A stretch of 63,053 bases of DNA, counting the filler, from Pelomyxa schiedti (taxonomy: Eukaryota > Protista > Evosea), in assembly GCA_020536535.1 (NCBI GenBank). It is 13 parts of 13 records of this genome, joined end to end, with 100 filler letters (N's around TTAATTAATTAA, not from the genome) between each part and the next. Parts side by side here need not be neighbours in the genome. Positions count along the whole stretch, not along the records: positions 1 to 18,287 come from JAHLWZ010000334.1; positions 18,388 to 22,745 come from JAHLWZ010001602.1; positions 22,846 to 29,786 come from JAHLWZ010000288.1; 10 more parts are not named here. One strand, 5' to 3'. The notes beneath the pieces were generated by a model. It made no database searches. It was not told where the DNA came from and saw nothing but the letters and a program-made list of their open reading frames with translations. The translations under genes were made by a program, and so were the position numbers. Below, piece by piece: positions 12,330 to 23,712 of the stretch. How positions within the stretch are numbered: position 1 is the stretch's first letter; each line of letters opens with the position of its first letter.

Positions 12330-13849
12330 TCAGTTCTTTTTTTGTTTGGGTGTGGCTTTTGGTGGTGCCTGCTTTTTGGTTTCCTTCTTTGGTTTCTCTG
12401 CTTTGTCTTTGGTAGTCTCTTTTCTGTTGGTTTTGTCTTTTGGGTGTACCTTCTCTTTGGATTCGGTTTTCTTTCTTTTGGGGAGGCTAAACAGAACAAG
12501 CCGCTTGAGTTGCCGGCGAACGAGACCGACGAAAATCGCTGTTAAGAGCACAGCCGGCACAAGGTATAGCAATGCGGGCTGTTTTTTCTGTTTAGGGAGC
12601 TATTTATAAAATGGGGTGAATACCTGAGCTGTCTTGAAGTAATGAACCACAAAGATAGTAACACTTAAGCCGATGCAATAGGCACAATAGGTGGAGGCAA
12701 AGTATGTCTTGTCCATTGACCGGCCTTTTCTGAGGCTGAAATCCACTTTCAGCATCAAGGCAATGAACATTCCTTGTATCGAAGTCAGTAAGCTCGCCCT
12801 GGTATTGGTGGAATTTTTTACCGGGAATAACAATGTCACCGAGGCCGAGAAGGCTGAACTTGGGATCCAGTGAAAATAGCCCATTCTTCGGAATTAGCAG
12901 CTTTATGGGTGCTTTGAATTGCGTTGCCACACTGACCTAAATATCAGCATTAGATGCGGTAGAAATAGAAAATGCTCAGTCTACCATAACATCAGTGCAG
13001 AACACCCAGAAAATATCATAGAAAAATAAAGCCACCTCGAATTGATTGAGTTACACTGATGAATGAGAGGAAATCGGGTACCAGGAGTAAAGCTCCAACC
13101 CCAAAAGATTGCAACGAAAGCAATGACAGAGCCTCAACGGAAAAGGATATTCCCATTATGTCATTAGGAATCCAGTGCCTGGTGACTCCCCACCATGCGG
13201 CAACACCAGCACCAATTATCCACCCTAGTATATCAAAGGCATCGAATTTAAGTTGAAACAGAGGCTCTAGATGGTGAGTGAGTACATGGAAAGAAGAAAA
13301 AAAGTTAGTGCACACCGGCGCCCCATAGTTTTAGTGCAATACAATATTTATATTTTGAATTGTGCTGAGTAGATGGAAAATGCGAAATAAGAATCGGCTT
13401 TAGTGTTTTGCATATTGCAAAGCACCCAATGGCACCGAAATACACTGTTACTACAAGATCAATCAATTCAGTTGAAAGAAGCTGCCGTTACAATTAGTAA
13501 CATATTGCAGCCAAAAGAACGAACCTGTAGTGCCACATATAATCCCAACAGGACTGCACTCCCCAGTGCCGGAAACATGGCAGCATCGCCCATACCCAAT
13601 AGTTCCGACTGTGCAAAGTCATCAAGTTGAACAGGAAAAGGGGCGGGGGGGAAAAAGAAGAACCTCTGTCGAGTCGCGAGATCTGTGGGAGCCAACCCAA
13701 ATGACCCACAGAGAAATCAATATTAATAAAGCGTAACTAGTGACAGCCATCGCGTTGGCCACCAATCCCATATCGTCGACCGCAACTACACCATCTCCGT
13801 TTGTTAGTTTAAGTGGCGCATCTACCGCAGATCCCGTCCCCGGTTCCAT
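12330..13849 (-). CDS. HM13: Signal peptide peptidase (A22B intramembrane aspartyl protease), multi-exon
   Basis: YDIFWVF, APIKLLIP, LGLGDIVIPG, QPALLYLVP motifs; Lys-rich tail ending KQKKN. Confidence 0.93.
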
Positions 13850-14108
13850 GCCCCTCCCACGTTTTTTTTTTTGTGTTGATTCAGGGGGTTTTTGGGGATC
13901 TGGTGCATGGATTCCCTGGTATGATTTCCAGGAAACTCATTTTTGTTTATAACCTCAAGAGAACGAGGTCTTGGGCGGCACGTTTTGGTGTGTGGAAGAA
14001 GAGTGACTCTTCTGAGTGGTGTTTCTGGCAATTGACGTGATGGTTTGTACTGTATACGCCTGCTTGACCTATGCACCATTTATTTCTGTTAACATTTTCT
14101 TTTCACTT

Positions 14109-15413
14109 TCAGATACGTGTAACACTGTGGAGAATGGTGATGTAGTGAGGTTCTGAAAAAACCACTGTGATCCAACATACACCAGTTGAGGCCTCAATCA
14201 CCATGACCCTGTCATACAACTGCACAAGCAAAAACCCAGAGTTTGCCCTCAGTGTCCCAACCATTGAATACCCACCCAGTTCAGAAAACCGGATCACCCT
14301 CACAGTCCAGGGAGCTCCTGAATCCCTGAAATCATTTCCACAGTCCCATATCTCTGCAAATCGGCCTGGTCCGTAAGGGTGCACACAGAACTGTGAGGAT
14401 GACAGCTGTGACAGCCGTGTGTCTGGGGTCACCTTGGTGTAAATAGCATACAGAGAGGGAGTGCCATCACGAATCATGTACAGTTTCCCGGGCTGAGTTC
14501 TGTCAGAGCACTTCTCTATCACAAAGCAGTGGGCACCAGTGCTCTGTGTCAGGCTAAGAACCTCAGAAACAAAGACCTTCTCTGTGTCATCAGTAACCGC
14601 ACACCAGGTCTCAGACACAACCACCAGGCTCCTTGATGTGAATGACATGGCAACATCAACAACCAAAACAAACAGTAGCCCCTCGTTTGGTTTCGGTTTC
14701 GTCAGAATCACCACGGCCCTATCAAGCTCATCCAATACGCAGAAATACACACATTTCACACAACAAGCGAACGGCATTTCAACGCGGCGCTGCTCAAACT
14801 TGAGAGCAGCCAAATCCAGTGCCTTTGTGATTATCATCACGCCGCCACCAACTACTGTTCCATCACCACCACTCTCCTGGATTCCAAACACCACAACCCA
14901 CCTGGGATTGCAGTCATACACTCCATAGTTGTTTGGGTGCACCCTGAAGCTGTTCCTTGTGCATCCTACATCCACAGCGTAGGTTGTGGAGTCGACAACG
15001 CCGAGGTCCAACATGTCAGGACCAGTGTTGGTCAGCAGGTGCCGGTCCACGTCCATCCTTGTGCCGTGGCAGTACTTATGGGTCGTGACAGGCCGCACGA
15101 GGGCCCGCATCGTGGGGGACACGCACACCCGCACCCCGACGTACCGCTGGTCCTTGCCCTCGCGCCGGAGATCGTTCTCGAGCTGGACATCCAGGACGAG
15201 CCGGAGCTGGGAGCGGGCGACGAGGTCGGACCACAGGGCGCGGAGGAAGGCGACCCAGAGGCCGGCGCGCAGGCGGCACCACGGCCCGAGGGTGGTACGG
15301 GCGCCGCATCGGGGGTGCGCCGCCAGTATCAGAGACGCGATTTGGGACTGCACTGCGGTGGTAATGGACGCTGGCCCTGTCACCGTCATTGGGCGCGGAT
15401 CTGCTGCTGTCAT
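14109..15413 (-). CDS. Orphan family A protein, intronless
   Basis: QSQIASL..AHPRCGA, VSPTM, CNPRW, VDVAMSF.SRSLVVV, EIWDC, VIEASTG motifs shared with paralogues in this window. Confidence 0.75.
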   Translation of the reverse strand: MTAADPRPMTVTGPASITTAVQSQIASLILAAHPRCGARTTLGPWCRLRAGLWVAFLRALWSDLVARSQLRLVLDVQLENDLRREGKDQRYVGVRVCVSPTMRALVRPVTTHKYCHGTRMDVDRHLLTNTGPDMLDLGVVDSTTYAVDVGCTRNSFRVHPNNYGVYDCNPRWVVVFGIQESGGDGTVVGGGVMIITKALDLAALKFEQRRVEMPFACCVKCVYFCVLDELDRAVVILTKPKPNEGLLFVLVVDVAMSFTSRSLVVVSETWCAVTDDTEKVFVSEVLSLTQSTGAHCFVIEKCSDRTQPGKLYMIRDGTPSLYAIYTKVTPDTRLSQLSSSQFCVHPYGPGRFAEIWDCGNDFRDSGAPWTVRVIRFSELGGYSMVGTLRANSGFLLVQLYDRVMVIEASTGVCWITVVFSEPHYITILHSVTRI

Positions 15414-15505
15414 TGTGGTTGTTGATTTCCTCTTCGAGGGACACAACGGCACGTTTTGAGTTGAATTCACCTAAATCAAACCCTTGGACGAACAGTACGA
15501 ACCAA

Positions 15506-16978
15506 ATGAGTAATGACCCCAGCCGATACCCCCTGGCAGCCACGGGCCCACCCGCCATCATCGCCACGGTCCAGTCCCGACTAGTTTCCCTGATGCTGGC
15601 AGCGCACCCACGATGCGGCGCCCGCACCACCCTCGGCACGCCTCCTTCGCCGCAGCCGCGCCACCACGCGGGGCTGTGGTCCTCCTTCCTGCACGGCGTG
15701 TGGTCCGACCACATCGCGCCGTCTCAGTGCAGCTTCCTCCTCGAGCTTCCCCTTCGAGCCCAGCGACACGTACTACATGGCCGCGCGGGTGCGCCTGTCC
15801 CCCGCAGTAAGGGCACTGACTGGGCCGGTGACAACGCACAGGTACTGCCACGGGACGAGGATGGACGTGGACCGCCACCTGATCCGCAACACGGGGTCGT
15901 ACTGGCATGACCTTTGCGTTGTGGACTCGACGACCTACNNNNNNNNNNNNNNNNNNNNNNNNNNNNNNNNNNNNNNNNNNNNNNNNNNNNNNNNNNNNNN
16001 NNNNNNNNNNNNNNNNNNNNNNNNNNNNNNNNNNNNNNGACTGGGCCGGTGACAACGCACAGGTACTGCCACGGGACGAGGATGGACGTGGACCGCCACC
16101 TGATCCGCAACACGGGGTCGTACTGGCATGACCTTTGCGTTGTGGACTCGACGACCTACACGCCGGCGGGGTACCCAAGGGGCTGCTTCAGGGTGCACCC
16201 TGACTGGGAAGGCGTTTTCGATTGCAGTCCCAGGTGGGTGGTGGTGTTCCCGCGTGTGCATGGTGGTGATGGGACGAACGACGTGATGATTGTCACCAAG
16301 GCGGTTGACTTGGCAGCTCTCGAGTTCTCGCAGTGCCATGTCAACATGCCGTATCGCTGTTACGCGAAGAGCGTCTCGTTCTGCATTCAGTCTGATCGTG
16401 ACCAGGCCGTTGTGATTCTGACAAAGCCAAACGAGATGTTCCTGTTCTTTCTGGTTGTTGACGTTGCAAAGTCGTTCGCATCAAGGAACCTGGTGGTTGT
16501 GTTTGAGACCCGGTATGCCATGACTGAAAATGTCAGGTATGTTGCTGCTCGGGCCATTATGAGCCTGAGACAGATCACTGGTGCCCGCTGTTTTCTGTAC
16601 CGTAAAGATGCTGGGCTATACATGCTACGAGATGGAGATGGCCCAACATCGGAGTTTGCTATTTCAGCACATGGTAACCTGTCACAGCTGTCTGAGTCAC
16701 AGTTCTGTGCTAGCCACTTCACATGTGTGGAGATATGGGACTGTGGCAACTACTTCAGGGATTCGGGTGCACCATGGAAGGTGAAGGTCATGCAATTCTC
16801 AGAGCTTGGAGGTTCTGTGGCTTATGTTGGCACCGCAGTGGCAAACTCAGGATTCCTGTTTGTGAAGTTGCACAACAGCATCAAGGTTATTGAGGCTTCA
16901 ACAGGGGATTCTTGGATCGCTATTGCTCTTCCACAACCCTACCACATCTTGGGTCTGGACTCCGTCACCCGTCTCTGA
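15506..16978 (+). CDS. Orphan family A paralogue of 14109-15413; apparent +1 frameshift near 15750; spans a gap with duplicated flanks
   Basis: Closely similar to the divergent neighbour (HRYCHGTRMDVDRHL, QFSELGG); removing one C of CTTCCCCTTCG restores ELPFEPSDTYYMAARV. Confidence 0.65.
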
Positions 16979-17327
16979 CAACTGTTAGCTTATGATGAAT
17001 ACTCTCCACATTATTGCCTTCTTTCAAAATTGCCCAAACAATACAAAGTGCACCTAGACCAAACGATGTCCCTGGCTGCAGGTTGGGGATCGGAATTTGG
17101 AAAAGTCTGTCCCAACGCCTAATGTTGGTAGCCTTTATGGCTGCGCCAAACAACTTTTTTGGCTGGGGCGGCCATGAAGGCTGCCTACACAAGGCGTTGG
17201 TGGCCAAAAGTGTTTTTGGTAGAGGGTTTAGGCTGTATCCCTGGTGGAATTGTGAGTCACTGCAGCCTGAAAACCTCACAACCAGTCACAAGTAATTCAG
17301 CTGAAATTAAAATTACATTGACCAGGG

Positions 17328-18260
17328 ATGGAGAAGGCGATAGACACGCACCGGCAGCAACGCGACAAGATCAACGAGATGATGTTACTTACGACGCAGG
17401 CCGCGGTTGAGGCCGCAAACGACCCATCTAATGACCAAGAGCATGTTGGTTTCCCCCATCCTTACATAATAACCCGGTGGTTTTTTGCCGCAGTCAAACC
17501 GCGAGTTGGCGGTACAATAGGCACTCACTAAAAAAAAAAATATACGTTTCAGCTGGACAGGTTTAGAAATGCATTTGTGCAATATTTGGAGGCTGAGCGA
17601 TTGTTGGACTCGCACATCGAGGTTTTGAGCCAGTATCGGCACAATGTAATTTACCCCGCCTTTTTTTCTTCGAGGGCACACAATGTAAATAATGCACAAG
17701 ACAGATGAGCCTGACAAGGTGAAATGGTACAATGAGAAGCTCGCCGAGGCCAATACGTCGCTTTCAACCAAAAATCTCCAAGCAGATGAAAGATATGTTG
17801 ACCTGGAGCAACAATTACAGGTGGGTTCTTTCTCCTCTTTTAGCATTGCGAAATTCATTCAAGAAGTTTCTTATTCTAGAGAGTGAGGCCCACAACTGTC
17901 CAGCCCAGTGCTGCTGATGACGAAGACGTTGTTGCAGCTCCGGCAGTTCGTTCAACAACTTGCCCCATCACAAAAGCAGCTCTTGTCAATCCTTATACAA
18001 GGTAAGAGCACCTACCCTCTTGCCGGTGTCACCTAACCCGTTATCCTTTCAGCAAAACATGTAGACACACCTTTTCTCATGATGCGATCATGGAACTCAT
18101 TGGCAACAAAAAGGTCATTGACTGCCCTGTGGCTGGGTGCTCAGAAAAGATACAAAAATCCACCCTGCAACACGATGAAAATATGGAGTACATCCTCAAG
18201 AGGGACATCCTCGTTCACACACAGCAAGCTGATGACGACGAGGAGTACACCAGGCTGTGA
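17328..18260 (+). CDS. NSMCE2: NSE2/MMS21 SP-RING SUMO E3 ligase (SMC5/6 subunit), multi-exon
   Basis: CPITKAALVNPY..KTCRHTFSHDAI..CPVAGC SP-RING zinc finger after an N-terminal helical region. Confidence 0.85.
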
Positions 18261-18287
18261 TATTATTGCACTCACATGATGCTTGCA

Positions 18288-18387
18288 NNNNNNNNNNNNN
18301 NNNNNNNNNNNNNNNNNNNNNNNNNNNNNNNTTAATTAATTAANNNNNNNNNNNNNNNNNNNNNNNNNNNNNNNNNNNNNNNNNNNN
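18288..18387. other. Artificial contig-joining linker N44-TTAATTAATTAA-N44 (first of 12; others start at 22746, 29787, 33539, 36851, 39327, 40587, 43043, 44250, 52282, 55977, 58264)
   Basis: Identical 100-bp structure each time; TTAATTAATTAA gives stops in all six frames. Confidence 0.98.
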
Positions 18388-18574
18388 AGGGAAGTTGCTC
18401 TCAGCCATGTGCCACGACTCTGTGGTTGTTAGTGTGATTTCTTGTTTTGACTGCACATGGATCCAGGTTTCTGATGGGAACAACCGAATCCCTATCGCAA
18501 CCAAATCCACAATTAAATAATCATTTTTGTCAAAAGACATCTCTTTCCAGGAATCATCAACAGACACATTAATA

Positions 18575-19708
18575 ATGATGGACGAAGCGGCAACAGTCCA
18601 CATCGAACACCAGACCGACGCTCGTGACCAATTCATTGCCCTAGGCGTTGGAGTTATTGTGGGACGGTGCGGACGCTACAATGGCAGCCCAGTGTGGGTC
18701 CTCACTCCTTCGTCGTTGTTGTGGCTCGGACGAGAATGGGTCGTGTACCCCGCCAGGCTCCTCGTCCTGGAGTCGATGTGTTGGGAGTTCAGCAAGTTCA
18801 GCGTGTCGCCGACGCTCGGCCTCGTGCACCATCCCACAATCATCGACTTCGGGCACAACACCGTCAGTTATGTCTACGGCTGGGTTGGGCCCCGGTCCAC
18901 AGGCTACAGGTTTGCCCTGGCCCTGGCCCAGGCCGACGACGCCCAGAAGGTGACGGTGATCGACACGACCAGGCGCAGCAAGGACCTGAGGCTGGCCGAC
19001 TGTCTGAGCCTGAACGGACCCTGGTGCAACAACAGGCGCTGGGTTGCGGCCGTGAAAAGGGGGCCTCCCCAGGAACACCTGACACTGTGGAACTTTGACC
19101 AGGTCGACCGCGGCCGGGTCGGCAAAGTGGACGGCGTTGCCCTGCCATGGAAAGTCAACAGGATCGCCTTTGGAGGAGGCGACGGTTCGTTGCTCGCGAC
19201 GCACGGCGGCGGCCTAGCTGCCATAGACCTCGAGGCCACGTTTTCGCGGAACAAGGCGGTGTGGAAGCCGGTGCCGCTTGTGCCTGCCGTTGACGGGACG
19301 TGCGACATGGAATATGTGGTGTGCTGGAACGGGAGGACGTACGCGTCGATTTATGAGAGAGATGGGAGCCCTTGGCTGCGGTGCCTGACGACTGGCCGGC
19401 GTAGTCTGCTGCGGCACCCAAATACGCGGCCACTTGGTGGGCCTTACATTTCCATGCTGGCCTCCAACAAAAAAGGGCGTCGGCTCGAGGTGTACAGTGT
19501 CCTTGAGCCGACCAAAGTGTGCCGGGTGTACACGGCACAGAGCCCAACTCAAAAGTTGTATTTTGGGCACGAGATGGTTATCAGGGAGACTCTTGGACAA
19601 CAAGTCACCTGCTCTTTTGACGGTAACACCATCGAGGTCATGGATGCAGCGACCGGCTTCCTTGTCTTCAAAATGGTTGTCCACAACTTGCTGGGCCTCC
19701 GTACGTAA
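18575..19708 (+). CDS. Orphan family A protein, intronless
   Basis: ARDQFIAL..GRCG..GREWVV..SVSPTLGLV..CNNRRW..IDLEATF..VMDAATG. Confidence 0.78.
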   Translation: MMDEAATVHIEHQTDARDQFIALGVGVIVGRCGRYNGSPVWVLTPSSLLWLGREWVVYPARLLVLESMCWEFSKFSVSPTLGLVHHPTIIDFGHNTVSYVYGWVGPRSTGYRFALALAQADDAQKVTVIDTTRRSKDLRLADCLSLNGPWCNNRRWVAAVKRGPPQEHLTLWNFDQVDRGRVGKVDGVALPWKVNRIAFGGGDGSLLATHGGGLAAIDLEATFSRNKAVWKPVPLVPAVDGTCDMEYVVCWNGRTYASIYERDGSPWLRCLTTGRRSLLRHPNTRPLGGPYISMLASNKKGRRLEVYSVLEPTKVCRVYTAQSPTQKLYFGHEMVIRETLGQQVTCSFDGNTIEVMDAATGFLVFKMVVHNLLGLRT

Positions 19709-19883
19709 TTGAATCGAGGGTGGAAACTACGTTCGAACGTCTACAAGACGTCGCTGAGCAGAGAGGGACACTGAGACATCTCAGAGGTAGGTTGTTTGCA
19801 ATAATGCTTGCAACGAGGTAATACTTCATGAGTGAGACACCCAAGTCTGTCTGGAAAGGATATCCTCTTACTGAGAAAAAAAA

Positions 19884-21260
19884 ATGTTCATTACCTCCAC
19901 GAGGCCGATGAGTACTTCTGTCACCACGGCGAGGTCGCAAGTGATGGCGATGTGCTGTGCGTCCCTGGTCTCGGTTCGGTCCACTCCCATAATGACAACT
20001 CTGCCGGGCACTGCGCCGACGAAAACAGCCCCCGGTGAACCTTCAGTCGGCATTCCCAAACCAAATCCCCTGTTTTCGATGACGCAGTGGGCGCGATCGA
20101 CGGCGCTGTTCAGGCAGTGGGCCGAAGAGTGGGTACTGTACCCATTGTGGGACGCTTTTTTCACCCTTCCAGTGGTGGGAAAAACCCCTGGGGAGGCTCG
20201 ATGTTCTCTGCTTGCGAGTGTTTCAATCACTCTGGGTGTGGTGAATATCTCTTTGTTCAGCCATGGTTTTTCTGAGATACTATGTGGATGCATTGGGGAC
20301 AACAGGGTTCTGTCAAAGCGTTTCCCTGCAGAACAAACCAGTAGGGATACAGAAGGTCATCCTGGTAATCAGAGAGACTTGCCTGAGGCCTCCCTGGCGG
20401 CCTGGGACCGAAGAAAGGGCATAGTGTGCAACAGGAAGTGGATTTTGGGGCACAGCGATACAGAAGGAGTGCCATTGCTGTTCATTCACAAGGTAGAGAA
20501 TGGCGCACCTGTTGGAAATGATGTGGCCGTCACTAACAAGGACATCAGGATGAATATCGGTGACTTTGTCAATCTCACTGAGTTCACGCCCCTCGGCGAG
20601 GATACTGTGATTGTGCATGGCACAGTTGGTGAGAGAGCAAAAATAAAGAAGTATATTGCTGCGTTTGTTGACTTGGAAGCCACCTTCAACAGCAAGGAGC
20701 TTGTTGTCAAATCAAAGATTGTATGTGACGCACCTGCCAGTGGGTGCACACTGCTCCTTCGGTGTGTGACGTGGCTCCCTGATGGTTCCCCTTCCGTTTT
20801 GATGACTGAATTGGTCCTAGAAGAAGCCGACCTGTTTTTGAAGGGTCACACACTTGTGGATGCATCGTCGGCAACAAGGTTGGAGTGTTTTAATGGCAAA
20901 CTGGTGAACACTCTGAACAAAAGTCATGTGATTGTCCGATCCTTAGATTCATTCAACTCTGGAGTTTCTGACTTCGAGGTTTTCCACATAGGGAACCTCA
21001 CCCAGCCATTACTTTGCCTTCCATGCACTTGGGCATGCTCCAACAGCCAATCAGGCCTCATTCTCTCAACATCATACTTCAACAGTGAAAAAGAGGATAG
21101 GCTCGCACAAGATTTTCCAACCTCTCACCCAAGAAATCAGGGTGGCCACAACAGTGCAACAGACATTGAGTTCTCACTGCATGATGGTGTCACTGGATGT
21201 CACATTGGAGTGTGCACTCTGCCATTGAAGTCGTTCACATTCAAACAAGCCTCCAACTAG
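19884..21260 (+). CDS. Orphan family A protein, intronless
   Basis: ARSQVMAM..EEWVL..SVSITLGVV..CNRKW..VDLEATFNSKELVV..LHDGVTG. Confidence 0.78.
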   Translation: MFITSTRPMSTSVTTARSQVMAMCCASLVSVRSTPIMTTLPGTAPTKTAPGEPSVGIPKPNPLFSMTQWARSTALFRQWAEEWVLYPLWDAFFTLPVVGKTPGEARCSLLASVSITLGVVNISLFSHGFSEILCGCIGDNRVLSKRFPAEQTSRDTEGHPGNQRDLPEASLAAWDRRKGIVCNRKWILGHSDTEGVPLLFIHKVENGAPVGNDVAVTNKDIRMNIGDFVNLTEFTPLGEDTVIVHGTVGERAKIKKYIAAFVDLEATFNSKELVVKSKIVCDAPASGCTLLLRCVTWLPDGSPSVLMTELVLEEADLFLKGHTLVDASSATRLECFNGKLVNTLNKSHVIVRSLDSFNSGVSDFEVFHIGNLTQPLLCLPCTWACSNSQSGLILSTSYFNSEKEDRLAQDFPTSHPRNQGGHNSATDIEFSLHDGVTGCHIGVCTLPLKSFTFKQASN

Positions 21261-21449
21261 AGAAATGTCATCTTGATTTCTTACCAACAGCCTGAATTGG
21301 AGGGTTTCGAAGAAAAAACCAAAAATCACCCATAATTAATCCACAGGAGGGTCTTTTGCTAATAAAAGTTGCCGATACCAGGGAATAACCTCGACGCTTC
21401 TCACTGTGTACTTTGTGCCACTGGGGAGGTCAGCCTGATTTGCTTTGTT

Positions 21450-21809
21450 GGTGTTAGGGCCTTAGTGCTTGTCCCTCGGGGTGCTCGCAGCGGGTACTCC
21501 GGGGGGAGTCACTAGGGTCCGTCCGCCGCCCAGGGGTCGGATACAGGTTCCTGCGGGGGGTGTCCGTGCGGGTCCCGTGCGCAAGCACGGGCAGTGCGGG
21601 TGCCCTCGGCGGGGGGCTGCCCGATGACGGGGCGGATGTGGCCCAAACGCCGCAAGATTTGTCGCCGGGGGTGGCGCAGGCTGCGGGTATTCCGGTCCTG
21701 GGGGGCCTGGCTTCCCTCTCCGGGGGGCGGCTGGGCTGTCCAGGGTCGGGCCCACGGCTAACCATCTCCACTATGGCTGTGCTTGCGCCGGCTGCAGCAG
21801 GTTTTTTTT
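21450..21809 (+). ncRNA. Candidate structured non-coding RNA (~350 nt), class unknown
   Basis: GC-rich island of long helices with many G-U pairs valid only on the + strand; GCAA tetraloop hairpin 21574-21591; terminal hairpin followed by T8. Confidence 0.6.
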
Positions 21810-22845
21810 GTTTTCGTTTTGTAACCAACTGGGCTGTGTGGAAGCTAAGTACGAATTGCCTTACTTCTAGGGGTGGCAAGGAAGTTGTTATTTTGTGTGA
21901 GTTAAAGGGAAGCGAAAATATACGGCAAATTTGAAACGAAAAAAAATAAAATAAATAATGAAACGTGAAACGTAGATTTTTGTGTACCTTCTGAGTTGGT
22001 GAGATGTTAAGAAAGGATTCAGAGTGACTCCTCCGGTTCGAGATATCCAGTGTTTAGTGGAGCCGTTAATTTGGTTGTGGTACAGAACAAAAAAACTTGT
22101 CATGCTTTCGAACCTCAGGGAAGTAAACGTGTATCTGCTCAAGATAATTTTGTATGTAAAAAGGGGAATCAGTGAATATTTTTTCCAGGTTAACGTTGCT
22201 GCACTTTCGACTTCATTCGATGTAATTTGCCGCACTCCATGAATGAAGTGGCAGATACATACCAATATTCCTCTTGAAATGCGCACCACCCATGAAACAT
22301 CATGCCGTACCCCTCAGAGCCTTCACTTGCAGTGCAACTCGGCAACAAGGTGATATATTTTCAGGTTTCCTCAAGAAATGGTGGAGGCGGGGCTATTTCG
22401 GCATACTATGTTGGCCGGGCAGAGAAGAGATTTTGGTGGCAATTCTGGGGTCAATTTTGGTCTTTGATTGATGAGTCTGGTGCATTCCATCTATGTGGGA
22501 AGGAAATTCCACCAGTATGCAACTATCACAGAAGGTTTGATGGCCTCAATTCCAAGTAATCAATAGTAAACCAGGCCGCAAACGCGGTAAATCTTCAGCC
22601 TTCGGTGTGTAAGGAGCATTGGATGGGGAGAACCCCCAGAGTTTGTCTCTGTAATCACGGTAGAATCAGATGAAGATAAGAAATTGCGGCTCAGTTGTTG
22701 TATGAGCTCCCAGTGAGAACAGAGTTCAACTTGAATCTTGTACTGNNNNNNNNNNNNNNNNNNNNNNNNNNNNNNNNNNNNNNNNNNNNTTAATTAATTA
22801 ANNNNNNNNNNNNNNNNNNNNNNNNNNNNNNNNNNNNNNNNNNNN

Positions 22846-23653
22846 CAGCATCAACGGGAGGTGGTGGTGTGGAATTGACGAGTCGAGAGGGCTGCTGCGT
22901 GTCCAGAGTCTCGTGGTGCCATCATCATCACAGCAGGCTCAGGAGCAGGAACGGATGCAATTGCAACCAGCCCCCACGTCGCGGAGTGTTGTTGTCACTG
23001 TTGCAGTGGATCCAGAGAGTGTGGAGTTTCTGGGCATGGGCAAGTCAAACCCTGATGAACTGTTGGTGGTGTTGAGGCCTATTTCGGCGGCAGTTGGGAA
23101 ACACGAAAAGAGGATCCTTGTTGTGGATGCGCAACAGACATTCTCAAGTGGTAACCTGTCTGTGGTGTGCTCTGCGACCAGAAGTTTACCGGCAGGAAGG
23201 ATTCTTGAGGGATTCATTCTGATCACAAAGACCGGTGCGCAGGTTTGTGTGATCCAAGTGTGGGCCCACCACGTGCCTGCCGACAGTGCTCCAACTCATC
23301 AAGTATTCGCTGCGGATATGAGACCCAGTGGCACAGTGAAGGGGCTTTGTGGGGAGTGCTTGGAAAGCTGCGCACTGTCACGTTTGAGTGACTCACTGTT
23401 CTGCGTTTCATACCACAAGCTGCGTTATGAGCTGTGGGATTGTAATGACACCGAGAAACCAATGAGAGTTGTGCAAACAACAGGGTTTGTTGTTGGTGAG
23501 TGTGGTTTCCTGGCTCAAATCACCAATGATGATGATGGACAAAACAAGCAAATGAGCGTGGTTGATGCTCTCTCCGGTTTTGTTATCTTCACCCTTTGTT
23601 ACACTCCCAGTTGGGGTGTGTACCCGCAACAACACTTATTTTTTGTGGATTAA
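22846..23653 (+). CDS. Orphan family A protein, 5'-truncated by contig start
   Basis: VVDAQQTFSSGNLSVV, ELWDCND, VVDALSGFVI C-terminal family motifs. Confidence 0.65.
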
Positions 23654-23712
23654 GTCAAATAAGAAAAGTTCTTGTAGAGTTTTTTTCTTTTTCCAAAAGT
23701 CAAAAGGTGCAA

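Noticed and set aside
18332-18343. Recurrent palindrome TTAATTAATTAA as a biological motif or repeat array
   Set aside because: Always centred in exactly 44+44 Ns; it is an artificial six-frame-stop linker. Adjacency across linkers is meaningless.
21454-21934. ORFs of 97-141 aa over the GC-rich island
   Set aside because: Pro/Gly/Arg-rich with no recognisable motif; strand-specific G-U pairing is better explained by RNA structure
22274-22745. Possible gene fragment
   Set aside because: Short frames with stops and no recognisable domain
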